Part shown: one piece after another, positions 37,689-46,495 of the stretch | Numbering within the stretch: the first letter of the stretch is position 1 | Layout: each line of letters starts with the position of its first letter | DNA from: Pyrinomonadaceae bacterium | GTDB taxonomy: Bacteria; Acidobacteriota; Blastocatellia; Pyrinomonadales; Pyrinomonadaceae | Direction of reading: 5' to 3' | DNA: 64,000 nucleotides | Assembly: GCA_037969475.1 (NCBI GenBank) | Contig: JBBKXN010000050.1 | Coordinates: forward strand, 35,409-99,408 | Notes under the pieces: generated by a model | Databases searched by the model: none | Told to the model about the DNA's origin: nothing | What the model saw: the letters and a program-made list of their open reading frames with translations, nothing else | Position numbers and translations under genes: made by a program

Positions 37689-39080
37689 ATGGCGAAAATT
37701 TTAGTAGTAGATGATGAGCGAAATCTTCGGATTGTTGTCCAAAAAGAAATGGGGCGGCAGGGGCATGATGTGGAAACCGCATCTGACGGCGAATCCGCTT
37801 GGACAATGCTCGAAGAAGAGAGCTTCGATGTCCTGCTGTGCGATATAAATATGCCGCGTTTAGATGGAATAGAGTTGCTTCGCCGCCTTCGCTCCAAAAG
37901 CCAAAATCCTCCTGAAGTGATAATGCTTACCGGTCAGGCGACGGTGGAAAGTGCGATCGAAGCGATGAAGTTGGGCGCATATGATTACCTTACAAAACCT
38001 TATCGTATTACCGAACTTTCTGCTCTAGTGAATCAAGCCTCCGAGAAGCAAAAACTCAAGATTGACAATCAGAGATTAAAGGCGCAGGTACAGCGGAATA
38101 ACCGAAATATGCCGGAGATCGTTGCCGAATCGATAGAAATGAAAGAGGTGCTTCGTCTGGTTCAACGGGTCGCTCCGGCAGATACCTCGGTATTGATCAC
38201 AGGTGAGTCCGGCACTGGAAAAGAGCTTGTTGCACAGGCAATTCACCGTTTGAGTACGCGAGCGGATGAGACCTTTATTGATCTAAATTGCGCAGCACTC
38301 CAAGATTCCCTATTAGAAAGTGAACTTTTCGGACATGAGGCCGGAGCTTTTTCCGGCGCGCGAACTCGTAAATTAGGGCTTTTTGAAATCGCAGACGGGG
38401 GCACTTTGTTCCTGGACGAAGTTATGGAGATGCCTGCCCAACTCCAGTCAAAACTTTTGAGAGCATTGGAAACAAGAACCTTTTTCAGGGTCGGCGGTGT
38501 TAAAAAAGTTGAGGTAAATGTGAGACTAGTTGCTGCGACTAACCGCAACCCGCAGCAATCTATCAGTTCAGGGGTTTTCCGTTCGGACTTACTTTATCGA
38601 ATAAATAGTTTTGAAATTCATATTCCGCCATTGCGTGATAGACGTGACGATATTGAGCCTCTCGCTACTCATTTGCTTCAAATGATCGGAGGTCCAAACA
38701 CTCCGGAGCTCACCCCACAAGCACTTGATTCATTAACCGCCTTCAGTTGGGCGGGAAATGTGAGACAACTCCGAAATTGCCTGGAACGGGCTGTATTGCT
38801 ATGCGATAACGGTAAGATCACCAATCGTGAACTGCCGCCCGAAGTCGTTTCAAATACCGAACCAAGAGTTCATGTAAGTTACACGCCGAAAGATGACGCT
38901 TCGGCCGGAAGTTTTCGAAACGCTTCACCGGCAAACCTAAAAGATCTTGAAAGGCAGCAAATCATCAATGCACTTGAAAAAACGGGCTGGCATCGCGGGA
39001 AAACCGCTGAGCTTCTCGGAATTTCATCTTCTACGCTTTATCGAAGGCTCCGGGAATACGATCTCACGGCAATTAATTAG
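37689..39080 (+). CDS. Sigma-54-dependent response regulator (NtrC family)
   Basis: REC domain (ILVVDDE, LLCDINMPRLDG). AAA+ domain with GESGTGKE, the GAFSGA sigma-54 contact loop and LFLDEV. C-terminal Fis-type HTH (TAELLGISSSTLYRRLREY). Confidence 0.9.
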   Translation: MAKILVVDDERNLRIVVQKEMGRQGHDVETASDGESAWTMLEEESFDVLLCDINMPRLDGIELLRRLRSKSQNPPEVIMLTGQATVESAIEAMKLGAYDYLTKPYRITELSALVNQASEKQKLKIDNQRLKAQVQRNNRNMPEIVAESIEMKEVLRLVQRVAPADTSVLITGESGTGKELVAQAIHRLSTRADETFIDLNCAALQDSLLESELFGHEAGAFSGARTRKLGLFEIADGGTLFLDEVMEMPAQLQSKLLRALETRTFFRVGGVKKVEVNVRLVAATNRNPQQSISSGVFRSDLLYRINSFEIHIPPLRDRRDDIEPLATHLLQMIGGPNTPELTPQALDSLTAFSWAGNVRQLRNCLERAVLLCDNGKITNRELPPEVVSNTEPRVHVSYTPKDDASAGSFRNASPANLKDLERQQIINALEKTGWHRGKTAELLGISSSTLYRRLREYDLTAIN

Positions 39081-39130
39081 CGAAATCTGGAGATCCTTAT
39101 TTTCGCAGCGCCAATGTTCTCAAACAACGC

Positions 39131-39613
39131 TCACGAATTAAAAAACCAGTACGCAAGCGCAGCGAAAAAAACGATCCGGATAACCACCCAAACTCCGTTT
39201 CCCAACGTCGAACCAGTATTCAAATTCTTTTTTTGAACCGCAGAGCTGCCCGGTTGTACGACTGATGAAGATTGCCTGCGAGTCGAAACAGCCGGAAGAT
39301 TCCCGCCATATTCCATTGTGTCAATCGCTTCTTTTGCTGAGCGGAGGTCCGTTCCGTAGGTTTCCCGAAAGATTTTTATCGCGTTTATTTTATTGCCGGA
39401 TTTTAATTCATTCTGAATTTGGGATAGTTGAGGATTAAGTTTTTGTAGCGGGTTCTGCCGCCGCCGTGCGTTATGTTCATCCTCCTGCTGGTGAACAACC
39501 TGAGACGGAACAATAATTTTTCCTCGACAATGTCGGCAAATTTGAAAAAGGCTGTCACCACCTTCATATTGAAGATTCCGTTTACATGACGGACATTGAA
39601 AAATTAAACTCAT
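39131..39613 (-). CDS. Zinc-ribbon protein with L7/L12 C-terminal-domain-like motif and C-terminal TM anchor
   Basis: CPSC-x18-CRHC ribbon at the N-terminus. GNKINAIKIFRETYGTDLRSAKEAID resembles L12 CTD [25 protein letters not shown]. Hydrophobic tail VWVVIRIVFFAALAYWFF. Overlaps the upstream paralog by 4 nt. Confidence 0.7.
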   Translation of the reverse strand: MSLIFQCPSCKRNLQYEGGDSLFQICRHCRGKIIVPSQVVHQQEDEHNARRRQNPLQKLNPQLSQIQNELKSGNKINAIKIFRETYGTDLRSAKEAIDTMEYGGNLPAVSTRRQSSSVVQPGSSAVQKKNLNTGSTLGNGVWVVIRIVFFAALAYWFFNS

Positions 39614-40212
39614 ACTTTCCTCTGAAGAGTAGGTTTTCGAATCACCTTGCTCTTTATTATTTCTTCACGCTCAACTGCCTCAACCAATTTTTTCGATTCC
39701 GCTAAGCTTAATCCGTGGGCTTCACGATAAATCTTTATCGCTTCAATCTTATCTCCTGTGCGAAGCTCGTGCTTCACACGGTCCAACACATTTTGGGCAT
39801 CATCGTTTACTTGAGCATCAATAAGGGAATCGTATTGCGAACGGGTCGAAAAATCCTTGTCGGGAGCGATGATATTATCGACGATCTTTTTGCCTGCCGC
39901 AGCTTGTGTTCCAATTTTTTCCTGATAAATTTCAAATTTTTCTATTTTTGCTTCCGGATCTATAACTTCACTTTCTGTTGGCGGATTATCTCCCGGTGTA
40001 AGTTCGTTCGTAACCTGTTCAGGATCGACAGGAATGTCATTATTCAATGTCGCGAAATTAGTAGCGGTAATTTGCTTCTCCGGTGGGTAAAAGATTTCCG
40101 AAGGGATGACGATCGGAGCGTGGCACGTGTCGCAAGTTTGAAAAATAGATTCTCCGCCGCCAAAAGCCATTTGTGCGGAACATGACGGACATTGAAATTC
40201 TTTATCGGACAT
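39610..40212 (-). CDS. Zinc-ribbon protein with L7/L12 C-terminal-domain-like motif (soluble paralog)
   Basis: CPSC-x18-CDTC ribbon. GDKIEAIKIYREAHGLSLAESKKLVEAVE is an L12 CTD-like motif. The N-terminus is paralogous to 39131..39613. Confidence 0.7.
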   Translation of the reverse strand: MSDKEFQCPSCSAQMAFGGGESIFQTCDTCHAPIVIPSEIFYPPEKQITATNFATLNNDIPVDPEQVTNELTPGDNPPTESEVIDPEAKIEKFEIYQEKIGTQAAAGKKIVDNIIAPDKDFSTRSQYDSLIDAQVNDDAQNVLDRVKHELRTGDKIEAIKIYREAHGLSLAESKKLVEAVEREEIIKSKVIRKPTLQRKV

Positions 40213-40302
40213 TTTTTTCTAAAACTAAATTCAACTAAAATACAACTAACTTTATTTTAGGACGTTAATCTATCAAACCATAAAAGAGGTGAATTTCACG
40301 CA

Positions 40303-40851
40303 ATGATCAAATATTCAACGCTAGCATTACTTATTATTCTAACATTTTCGGTTGCCGGAACAGGGCAAACGTCTTCGCGAGCGGCAATTTTAGCCAAAGC
40401 TAAGGAAAAAGAGGTAAAGGAAACTTTTGACAGGTTGGTCGAAGGAATTAACCAAGTTGATGCCGACAAGGTTATGAGCGTCTACAACAAGGACGATAAA
40501 ACGCTCTTTTTTAACTATAACGGCAGCGCAACCATCGGTTGGCAAAACATGCATGACAACCGCAAAGCGTCTTATGCCAATCGTAAAAATGTAAACCTCG
40601 AAATCACGGGTTTGCGCATTGAAATTCTAAGTCCGACAAGTGCTTACCTGTCTTGTAAATGGAAGCAAACTCAGGAGTTTAAGGAAGCGCTAGAACAATC
40701 TACCGGACGTATGACGTTGGTTTTCAAGAAGTTTGGAAAGGATTGGAAAATTCTTCACTTACATACTTCGCCCGATATCTTTCCAAGCGAAGTAGTGATT
40801 CCGGCTTCTGAAAAAGAAATACCAAAAGAAAATCGGGACGTCATTAATTAA
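40303..40851 (+). CDS. SnoaL/NTF2-like (DUF4440-type) secreted protein
   Basis: Signal peptide. The length and pattern (FDRLVEGINQVDADKVMSVY...GRMTLVFKKFGKDWKILHLHTS) are typical of the NTF2-like fold. Confidence 0.6.
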   Translation: MIKYSTLALLIILTFSVAGTGQTSSRAAILAKAKEKEVKETFDRLVEGINQVDADKVMSVYNKDDKTLFFNYNGSATIGWQNMHDNRKASYANRKNVNLEITGLRIEILSPTSAYLSCKWKQTQEFKEALEQSTGRMTLVFKKFGKDWKILHLHTSPDIFPSEVVIPASEKEIPKENRDVIN

Positions 40852-41228
40852 TCTTTTTCGAGAATAACCTGAGCCGTCGCATGTTCGGTCGTGTGAGAAA
40901 TTGAAAGATGAGCTCGATCAGCACCGAGTTCATCAAAAAGTCTCTTTGCCTCGCCGGAAATAATAAAATTCGGAACGCCTTCGTCGTTGTTCAAAATTTC
41001 GACATCATGCCACGTAATTTTTCCGCGCCAGCCGGTTTTCAACGCTTTTAGGAATGCTTCTTTTGCGGCAAAACGCCCGGCGTAAGATTGTGCTGAGGCG
41101 GCACCTTTAGAATTACAATATTCGCGTTCTGTTTCGGTAAAAACACGTTCGACGAATCGAGGTGTTCTTTCGATCGTTTCGCGAATACGATAGACTTCGA
41201 TAATGTCTGTGCCGATGGAAATGATCAT
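40848..41228 (-). CDS. acpS: Holo-[acyl-carrier-protein] synthase
   Basis: MIISIGTDIIEVYRIRE canonical N-terminus, FTETEREYC and FAAKEAFLKAL. The track ORF's extra 80 low-complexity residues are rejected. Confidence 0.85.
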   Translation of the reverse strand: MIISIGTDIIEVYRIRETIERTPRFVERVFTETEREYCNSKGAASAQSYAGRFAAKEAFLKALKTGWRGKITWHDVEILNNDEGVPNFIISGEAKRLFDELGADRAHLSISHTTEHATAQVILEKD

Positions 41229-42057
41229 AACTGAAAATGAAAACTTAGCCGAAAACGGATTTTTCTGGCGAGAAAAGAATGGCGTAAAAGTGCTTGTTTG
41301 TAAAGAGTTGGAGGATGCGGGTTTCGCCAACGGCTTTTCGACAAGAATGGGCGGAGTTTCACCTTTTCCAGAAAACGACCTGAATTTAGCAGGGTTTGGT
41401 GAAGACCTCGAAGACAATGTTGCCGAAAATCGCCGACGGTTTTTGGATTTATTTGAGGGTAATTTCAATTTGACGACCGTCTGGCAGATTCACAGCGACA
41501 ATGTGAAAGCTGTACGAACCCAGGACGATATTGTAAACACCACAGAAAAAGCCGACGGTATCATTTCAAATCTGGAAAATGTTTTAGCAGGTGTGAAGAC
41601 CGCGGATTGTGTTCCGGTTTTGATCGGGGATCCGGTAAACAAGGCGTTTGTATCAGTTCACGCGGGTTGGCGCGGAACGGTCGAATCGATCGTGCCCAAG
41701 GCCATCGCGATGATGAAGGATGAATATGGAACATTACCTGAGAATTTGGTTTGCGCCATCGGTCCAGCCGCGGGCTGCGAAAATTATGAAATTGGACAGG
41801 ATGTGATTGACGCGTTTCGAGATAAGTTTTCCACAAGCGGAAAACTGTTTAGACAAACCCGCGAAGGTCATGCGCTTATTGATTTGCAACTCGCCAATAA
41901 AGACCAGCTTCTCGCAAACGGCGTAGAAGAAAAGAACATTTTCACCGCGCCTTTTTGTACGATCGAACGAACGGATATATTTTTTTCTTATCGCGTGGAG
42001 AAAGTGAAGTACGGCAAGACCGGGCGTTTGATGTCTGTAATCGGACGAAAAAAGTAA
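41203..42057 (+). CDS. pgeF: YfiH/PgeF family (DUF152) peptidoglycan editing factor / laccase-domain protein
   Basis: FSTRMGGVS, ADGIIS...LAGVKTADCVPVL, SVHAGWRGT and FFSYR motifs. The exact start is uncertain (ATG 41203/41215/41221 or a downstream GTG). Confidence 0.8.
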   Translation: MSVPMEMIITENENLAENGFFWREKNGVKVLVCKELEDAGFANGFSTRMGGVSPFPENDLNLAGFGEDLEDNVAENRRRFLDLFEGNFNLTTVWQIHSDNVKAVRTQDDIVNTTEKADGIISNLENVLAGVKTADCVPVLIGDPVNKAFVSVHAGWRGTVESIVPKAIAMMKDEYGTLPENLVCAIGPAAGCENYEIGQDVIDAFRDKFSTSGKLFRQTREGHALIDLQLANKDQLLANGVEEKNIFTAPFCTIERTDIFFSYRVEKVKYGKTGRLMSVIGRKK

Positions 42058-42080
42058 GCTCACAGACAGTCAAAAATAGT

Positions 42081-42108
42081 AAAACAGGCTATTCGCCTGT
42101 TTTATCGT
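42081..42108 (+). terminator. Intrinsic terminator after pgeF
   Basis: AAAACAGGC-tattc-GCCTGTTTT followed by ATCGTTT. Confidence 0.55.
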
Positions 42109-42144
42109 TTACGAATAATCTTTTTGTGTAAAGAGACTGCGTTT

Positions 42145-42177
42145 GGCGTAAAACAGACTAACAGTCTGTTTTACGCC
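42145..42177. repeat. Perfect 15-bp-stem hairpin related to the neighbouring terminator
   Basis: GGCGTAAAACAGACT-aac-AGTCTGTTTTACGCC. Shares the GTAAAACAG/CTGTTTTA core with the hairpin at 42081. No U-run on either strand. Confidence 0.6.
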
Positions 42178-42203
42178 CAGGAACCTCGACAGGATAACGT
42201 CTT

Positions 42204-42662
42204 TTATCTAACTCTCGCGCGGATATTTATCGTCTTGGTTTTGGGCGCATAGCAGACCTCATCGGTACATGCCTGCATGCGAACGCTTGCTTTAACGTTT
42301 ACATATTTTCCCTTAAAATTTTTCGGTACGGCGACCTTAAAACCGAAAACTACGGTTCCTTCATAAACGCTGATAGGTTCATCGGAAAAACTAAACTTTC
42401 GCATCTTTCCCGCAGGGTAAGTTACACCATAAGCGTTTGCCCCCGCGGCGCTTAAACTTATACGCGTCGGAATTGCATATTCGCTTTTCGGCAGATAAGA
42501 ATTAACATGTAATCCGCTCGGAATTTTGAGGGTGATATAACCGCGGGTAACACCACCTTTTGAAGGCGTGTTTACGGAACCCGTTACAGTCTGGGCGTTT
42601 GTCTCACCGGTAAAGATAAATCCAAGGGCAAAAAAGAGTGCAATAAATATAATATTCTTCAT
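42204..42662 (-). CDS. DsbD N-terminal / DsbC-corrector-like periplasmic domain protein
   Basis: Signal peptide, KIPSGLHVNSY and the C-terminal RMQACTDEVCYAPKT motif, typical of the thiol:disulfide interchange DsbD alpha-domain family. Confidence 0.6.
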   Translation of the reverse strand: MKNIIFIALFFALGFIFTGETNAQTVTGSVNTPSKGGVTRGYITLKIPSGLHVNSYLPKSEYAIPTRISLSAAGANAYGVTYPAGKMRKFSFSDEPISVYEGTVVFGFKVAVPKNFKGKYVNVKASVRMQACTDEVCYAPKTKTINIRARVR

Positions 42663-42755
42663 AGTTTAACGATATCTTTTCTTGTAGTTTCTATTCCGCT
42701 TTCTTAACTGATGCAAATATGTGGTTTATCGTTTGCATCAAACCCGAAATCGATG

Positions 42756-43286
42756 CTATTTTACCACGAAACCGCGCATCATCTCACAGGCGGCGTCTGT
42801 GTATTCGTCACCGTATGGTTCTAAAATCGTGGTCTTTAGTTCGTAGACTCGATTGTTAGATGAAGTTTCGATAATCTTTCTAAACGTTTTGTAATCTATT
42901 TCATCTTCGGTTTTCGCTGCACGCATGATCGCGCCTTTTTGGCTTTCCGGTAGATCATCGAGTTGTTTTGTCGAAATTACACTTTCTTTTCCGCTTTTGA
43001 TCTTGCTAACAAAATCTTTAAGATCGGTATCCTCGAAAATCCGCAGGCGAGTTCTCGCGCGCCAGATATTTCGCGTCGATTTTTCACCGTAAAGCTTTGA
43101 GTATGCCTCAAACGGAAAATCCGGTTTATCGCGCAAAGGGTAAAGAAATCCGGCGGGTTTATCTATCGAGAAATCGTCCTTTTCGATGGTTTCGGGCTCG
43201 AAAGCCGTGGCCGCGCTTTTCTTTATCTTGGTTGAGACAATAATCATTATTAAAACGAATAAGCCTCCAATAATTAAAATTTCCAT
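42756..43286 (-). CDS. Hypothetical N-terminally TM-anchored protein
   Basis: ATG 43286 gives MEILIIGGLFVLIMIIV (TM). The rest is soluble with no recognisable family. Lies downstream of rlmN on the same strand. Confidence 0.5.
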   Translation of the reverse strand: MEILIIGGLFVLIMIIVSTKIKKSAATAFEPETIEKDDFSIDKPAGFLYPLRDKPDFPFEAYSKLYGEKSTRNIWRARTRLRIFEDTDLKDFVSKIKSGKESVISTKQLDDLPESQKGAIMRAAKTEDEIDYKTFRKIIETSSNNRVYELKTTILEPYGDEYTDAACEMMRGFVVK

Positions 43287-43303
43287 ACCGTAAACGTCTG
43301 AGT

Positions 43304-44383
43304 CTAAGCAGTTTGCACCATATTGGGTTCGCCCATTGCGGCGAGCTGTCCACACGCAGCGAAAATATCGCGCCCGCGGGCTTTTCTCACATAAGCCGAT
43401 ACGCCTTCCGATTCCAAGATAGCTTTGAATTTTTCAACCCGCTCCGCGGTCGGCGGAGAATAATCGAGCCCTTCCGCCGAATTATGCGGAATAAGATTTA
43501 TTTTCACACGCTGCAACTCGTGCTTTCGTAGAACACGCGCTAATCCCACTGCGTGTTCGTCCTGGTCATTTATTCCGCCAAGTAAGACATATTCAAACGT
43601 AAATCGTTCGCCGCGACGAAGTGACGTCTGAAATACCTTTGCAGCTTTCATAAGCTCGGAGATGTTCCAACGATTATTGATCGGCATCAATCGGCTGCGC
43701 AATTCATCATTCGGCGCAGAAAGCGAGATAGCAAGATGCGGACGTTTTTCAAGCTTCGCAAACTCGTAAATCTTCGGCACAATTCCAACGGTCGAAACCG
43801 TTATCCTGTTTGGCACTATAAAAAGTCCGTCTTCTTCAGACAGAATTTCGATCGCTGTTGTTAGATTTTCAAAGTTTTGAAACGGTTCGCCGGCACCCAT
43901 CGCCACCAAATTTGTTCCAAAAGGAGTGTCTTCGCCGACACCGTAAACATCATTCAACACAATTATTATCTGCTCGATAATCTCTCCCGCAGTCAGATTT
44001 CTAAGCAACCCAAGCTTTGCCGTTAAACAGAAATCGCATTTTAGCGCGCAGCCGGATTGCGATGAAAAGCAGATCGTATCGCGGTTTTCGCTTGGCAGAT
44101 AAACGGTTTCTACCGGATATTCGTCGTGAGTTTTCATCAAGAAGCGGCGAGTGCCATCTTCAGATACGTATCGGGATTCAACAACCAGGCTTGCTGCAAT
44201 AGATATCTCATTAAGTTTTTCGCGGAATCCTTTAGGAAGATCCGTGATCTCATCGAAACTGCGCAAACGCCTCTGGTGAAGAGCTTTAAATATTTGGTCG
44301 GAACGATATTTCGGCTCGCCCAAGTTTGTTACGTAAACGGCGAGCGCGTTTTTCGAAAAAGAAGTTAGGTGCGTTTTTTCCAT
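43304..44383 (-). CDS. rlmN: 23S rRNA/tRNA (adenine-C2)-methyltransferase, radical SAM
   Basis: KYRSDQIFKALH N-terminus, CALKCDFCLT (CxxxCxxC), LIPHN and IFAACGQL (conserved C-terminal Cys). Confidence 0.9.
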   Translation of the reverse strand: MEKTHLTSFSKNALAVYVTNLGEPKYRSDQIFKALHQRRLRSFDEITDLPKGFREKLNEISIAASLVVESRYVSEDGTRRFLMKTHDEYPVETVYLPSENRDTICFSSQSGCALKCDFCLTAKLGLLRNLTAGEIIEQIIIVLNDVYGVGEDTPFGTNLVAMGAGEPFQNFENLTTAIEILSEEDGLFIVPNRITVSTVGIVPKIYEFAKLEKRPHLAISLSAPNDELRSRLMPINNRWNISELMKAAKVFQTSLRRGERFTFEYVLLGGINDQDEHAVGLARVLRKHELQRVKINLIPHNSAEGLDYSPPTAERVEKFKAILESEGVSAYVRKARGRDIFAACGQLAAMGEPNMVQTA

Positions 44384-45793
44384 TTACTTTGCGAAAAGTT
44401 CGCCGCCTTTCGTCCAACGTCCACGTGAGAAAATTGCGTCCGGCTTAAAACGCTCGCTGAAATCCTTTGCTAACCAGTCAATCTTCCGTGATCGCTTGAA
44501 AAATAAAAAGGCTCCACGCCGTCCGTTTCTGATCGGACCATTCTCCGCAAAAACATAAAAACCGCTGACATCAATTTCCGTTAAACCTCGGTAACCTGAA
44601 AGTTTATCGACCCTTCTGACAAAAACCGGCGGATATTCAATTTCGGCTCGTCTTCGGTCGCGGTTTACCCCGATATCCGCATCAATGATCTCAACAACCG
44701 TTTCCGGTTTTGAATGTTCTCCGGCTTTTGATAGGCCCGTAATCTCAGCCCCTTCGGGTTTCGCGGATTCCGTTCTTTCGGGTTTGATCTCTTTAAAATT
44801 TATTACCGCGGCATTTCGGAAAATATAATTAAAAATTCGACCGCCATTATTCTCCGGCAGATTTTCATATAGGGAGAGGTCGGCTTGTGCTTCGCTGCCG
44901 TCAACAAGCGATTGAAGCGCGGTCATAATTGCGACGAAATTCATCTTGATCAGGTACATTTCATCTTTTTCGTGTAGACCGCCGGTTTCGATTAAGATTA
45001 CCGGAGTGCCGAGATCAGAGAATGTATCGCCGAAAGCGTTTTCTGTATATTCATCGTCATATTGTGCGATGTTTCCCGGAATAAACTGATTTAATGCCGC
45101 GATGATGAGCGAGCATATACGCGCGTTTCGCTTTTGTCCTTCTGATATTTCCGTTTCCGGGTTCGCACGCACTGCTAAAACTGAAATTGAAGCCTGACTC
45201 GTCGTAGCCCCAACGGACGTTAGCTCCTGCTGGTTGTGAAGATTGAATCCGATTTCAGGATTAAATTGATTTCGCAGTCTCATCAGGAGTTGGGCTTCGG
45301 GGGTTTCAAGCGAACGAGCGTCACGATTGATATCAATTCCTTGGATGTTGCGCCGCTGAAAAACATCAGAACCATCTGGATTCAGCATTGGAATTGCCCG
45401 GATCGTCAAAGTTTTTTCCAGATCTCTGACCCACTCTTGCGATTTCTTATTCGTTTCCAAAAACGCAAACATATCGATCAATGCGGAAGTTGCGGTAGGC
45501 TCATCGCCGTGCATTTGTGACCACATAAAGACACGTGTTTTCCCCTCTCCCCATTCGATCTGATAAATCTCTCGTTCCTGATAGCTGCGCCCGACCTCAC
45601 CAACTCTCACCCCGAGTTTTCTTAGTTGTTCGAGATAAGTTTTTACATCATTATGTCTAACGTTTGAAGGAAATTTGTTTGAAATATGGGTTTTGTCCCA
45701 GGCTTCGGCGAATTCCTTCGGCGATTGCGCGTAAGTATTTTGGCTCATCAATAAGTGTAGAAAAAGAAATAATAGTGTAAATACCGACTTCAT
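44384..45793 (-). CDS. M14-family zinc carboxypeptidase, secreted
   Basis: ATG 45793 gives a signal peptide (MKSVFTLLFLFLHLLMSQNTYA). Has the HGDEPT zinc motif (HxxE), NPDG and INRD. Confidence 0.75.
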   Translation of the reverse strand: MKSVFTLLFLFLHLLMSQNTYAQSPKEFAEAWDKTHISNKFPSNVRHNDVKTYLEQLRKLGVRVGEVGRSYQEREIYQIEWGEGKTRVFMWSQMHGDEPTATSALIDMFAFLETNKKSQEWVRDLEKTLTIRAIPMLNPDGSDVFQRRNIQGIDINRDARSLETPEAQLLMRLRNQFNPEIGFNLHNQQELTSVGATTSQASISVLAVRANPETEISEGQKRNARICSLIIAALNQFIPGNIAQYDDEYTENAFGDTFSDLGTPVILIETGGLHEKDEMYLIKMNFVAIMTALQSLVDGSEAQADLSLYENLPENNGGRIFNYIFRNAAVINFKEIKPERTESAKPEGAEITGLSKAGEHSKPETVVEIIDADIGVNRDRRRAEIEYPPVFVRRVDKLSGYRGLTEIDVSGFYVFAENGPIRNGRRGAFLFFKRSRKIDWLAKDFSERFKPDAIFSRGRWTKGGELFAK

Positions 45794-45854
45794 ATGTTTA
45801 AGATAAAACGCATTAAATATTGCTTCAAACGCAGGTTTTCGAAAAATACTTGAT

Positions 45855-46442
45855 CTAACAGGAAAATTGTCGAATGATCTCATTCATCTTTTGATCAAAA
45901 TCTTCCCGGAGGTTGAGCTTTTCCATCCACGCGGTTTGCTCCGCCATCAATTTCGGTAGATAAGCTACATCATTCATCGCATATTCGACGAGTTCTTGAG
46001 TCCAAACTTTGTCCCAATTTCGACTAAATTGTTTTCGCTGGGCTTTATCCAGATCGACGGCGAAATAGCGATAAAGGGTTTCGGCCAGCGATGCAGACTG
46101 ATTTGCCCCCCGCGTTAACACTTTTTCAGCGATCATTGTGTCGAAAACATTGATTGTTTCGTATCCGCTATGTTTCAAAAAACCAAGGTCAAAACGCGCA
46201 TTGTGAAAAATTTTTATGATCGATTCTCGTGTTAAAATTTCGGCGAGCTTTCCTAGCCCAACGCCTTCAGATAACGGAACCAGCACGTGAAAATCACCAT
46301 CCGAAAACTGCACGCTGCAAATTTTTGCCGTGTGCGGACTCAGGCCGCTCGTTTCGGTATCGCAGCCAAGAATCTTCGCTTCCGAAAGTTTCTCAAAGGC
46401 AAACGAATTTTCTTTCTCCGTTCGTGTGATAAAAATTTCCAC
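45855..46442 (-). CDS. 3'-5' exonuclease domain protein (RNase D / DnaQ-like DEDDy)
   Basis: ILGCDTETSGL (ExoI), IFHNARFDLGFL (ExoII) and YAMNDVAYL (ExoIII, Y-x3-D). GTG 46442 is preferred because the longer track ORF would overlap the divergent gene. Confidence 0.7.
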   Translation of the reverse strand: MEIFITRTEKENSFAFEKLSEAKILGCDTETSGLSPHTAKICSVQFSDGDFHVLVPLSEGVGLGKLAEILTRESIIKIFHNARFDLGFLKHSGYETINVFDTMIAEKVLTRGANQSASLAETLYRYFAVDLDKAQRKQFSRNWDKVWTQELVEYAMNDVAYLPKLMAEQTAWMEKLNLREDFDQKMNEIIRQFSC

Positions 46443-46495
46443 AAAAACAATTGTAACCACTAAGCATCCGAGATGAAAATGAGTTATTCTACCAA

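Noticed and set aside
41203-41228. Divergent 26-nt overlap of the acpS and pgeF start regions as a regulatory curiosity
   Set aside because: The pgeF start is uncertain. Several downstream ATG or GTG candidates would remove the overlap, so it cannot be supported from sequence alone.
40848-41468. 206-aa version of the acpS ORF, with an 80-residue Ser/Pro/Lys-rich N-terminal extension overlapping pgeF on the other strand
   Set aside because: The canonical AcpS N-terminus MIISIGTDIIEV starts at ATG 41228. The extension is low-complexity and lies antisense to the conserved pgeF coding region.
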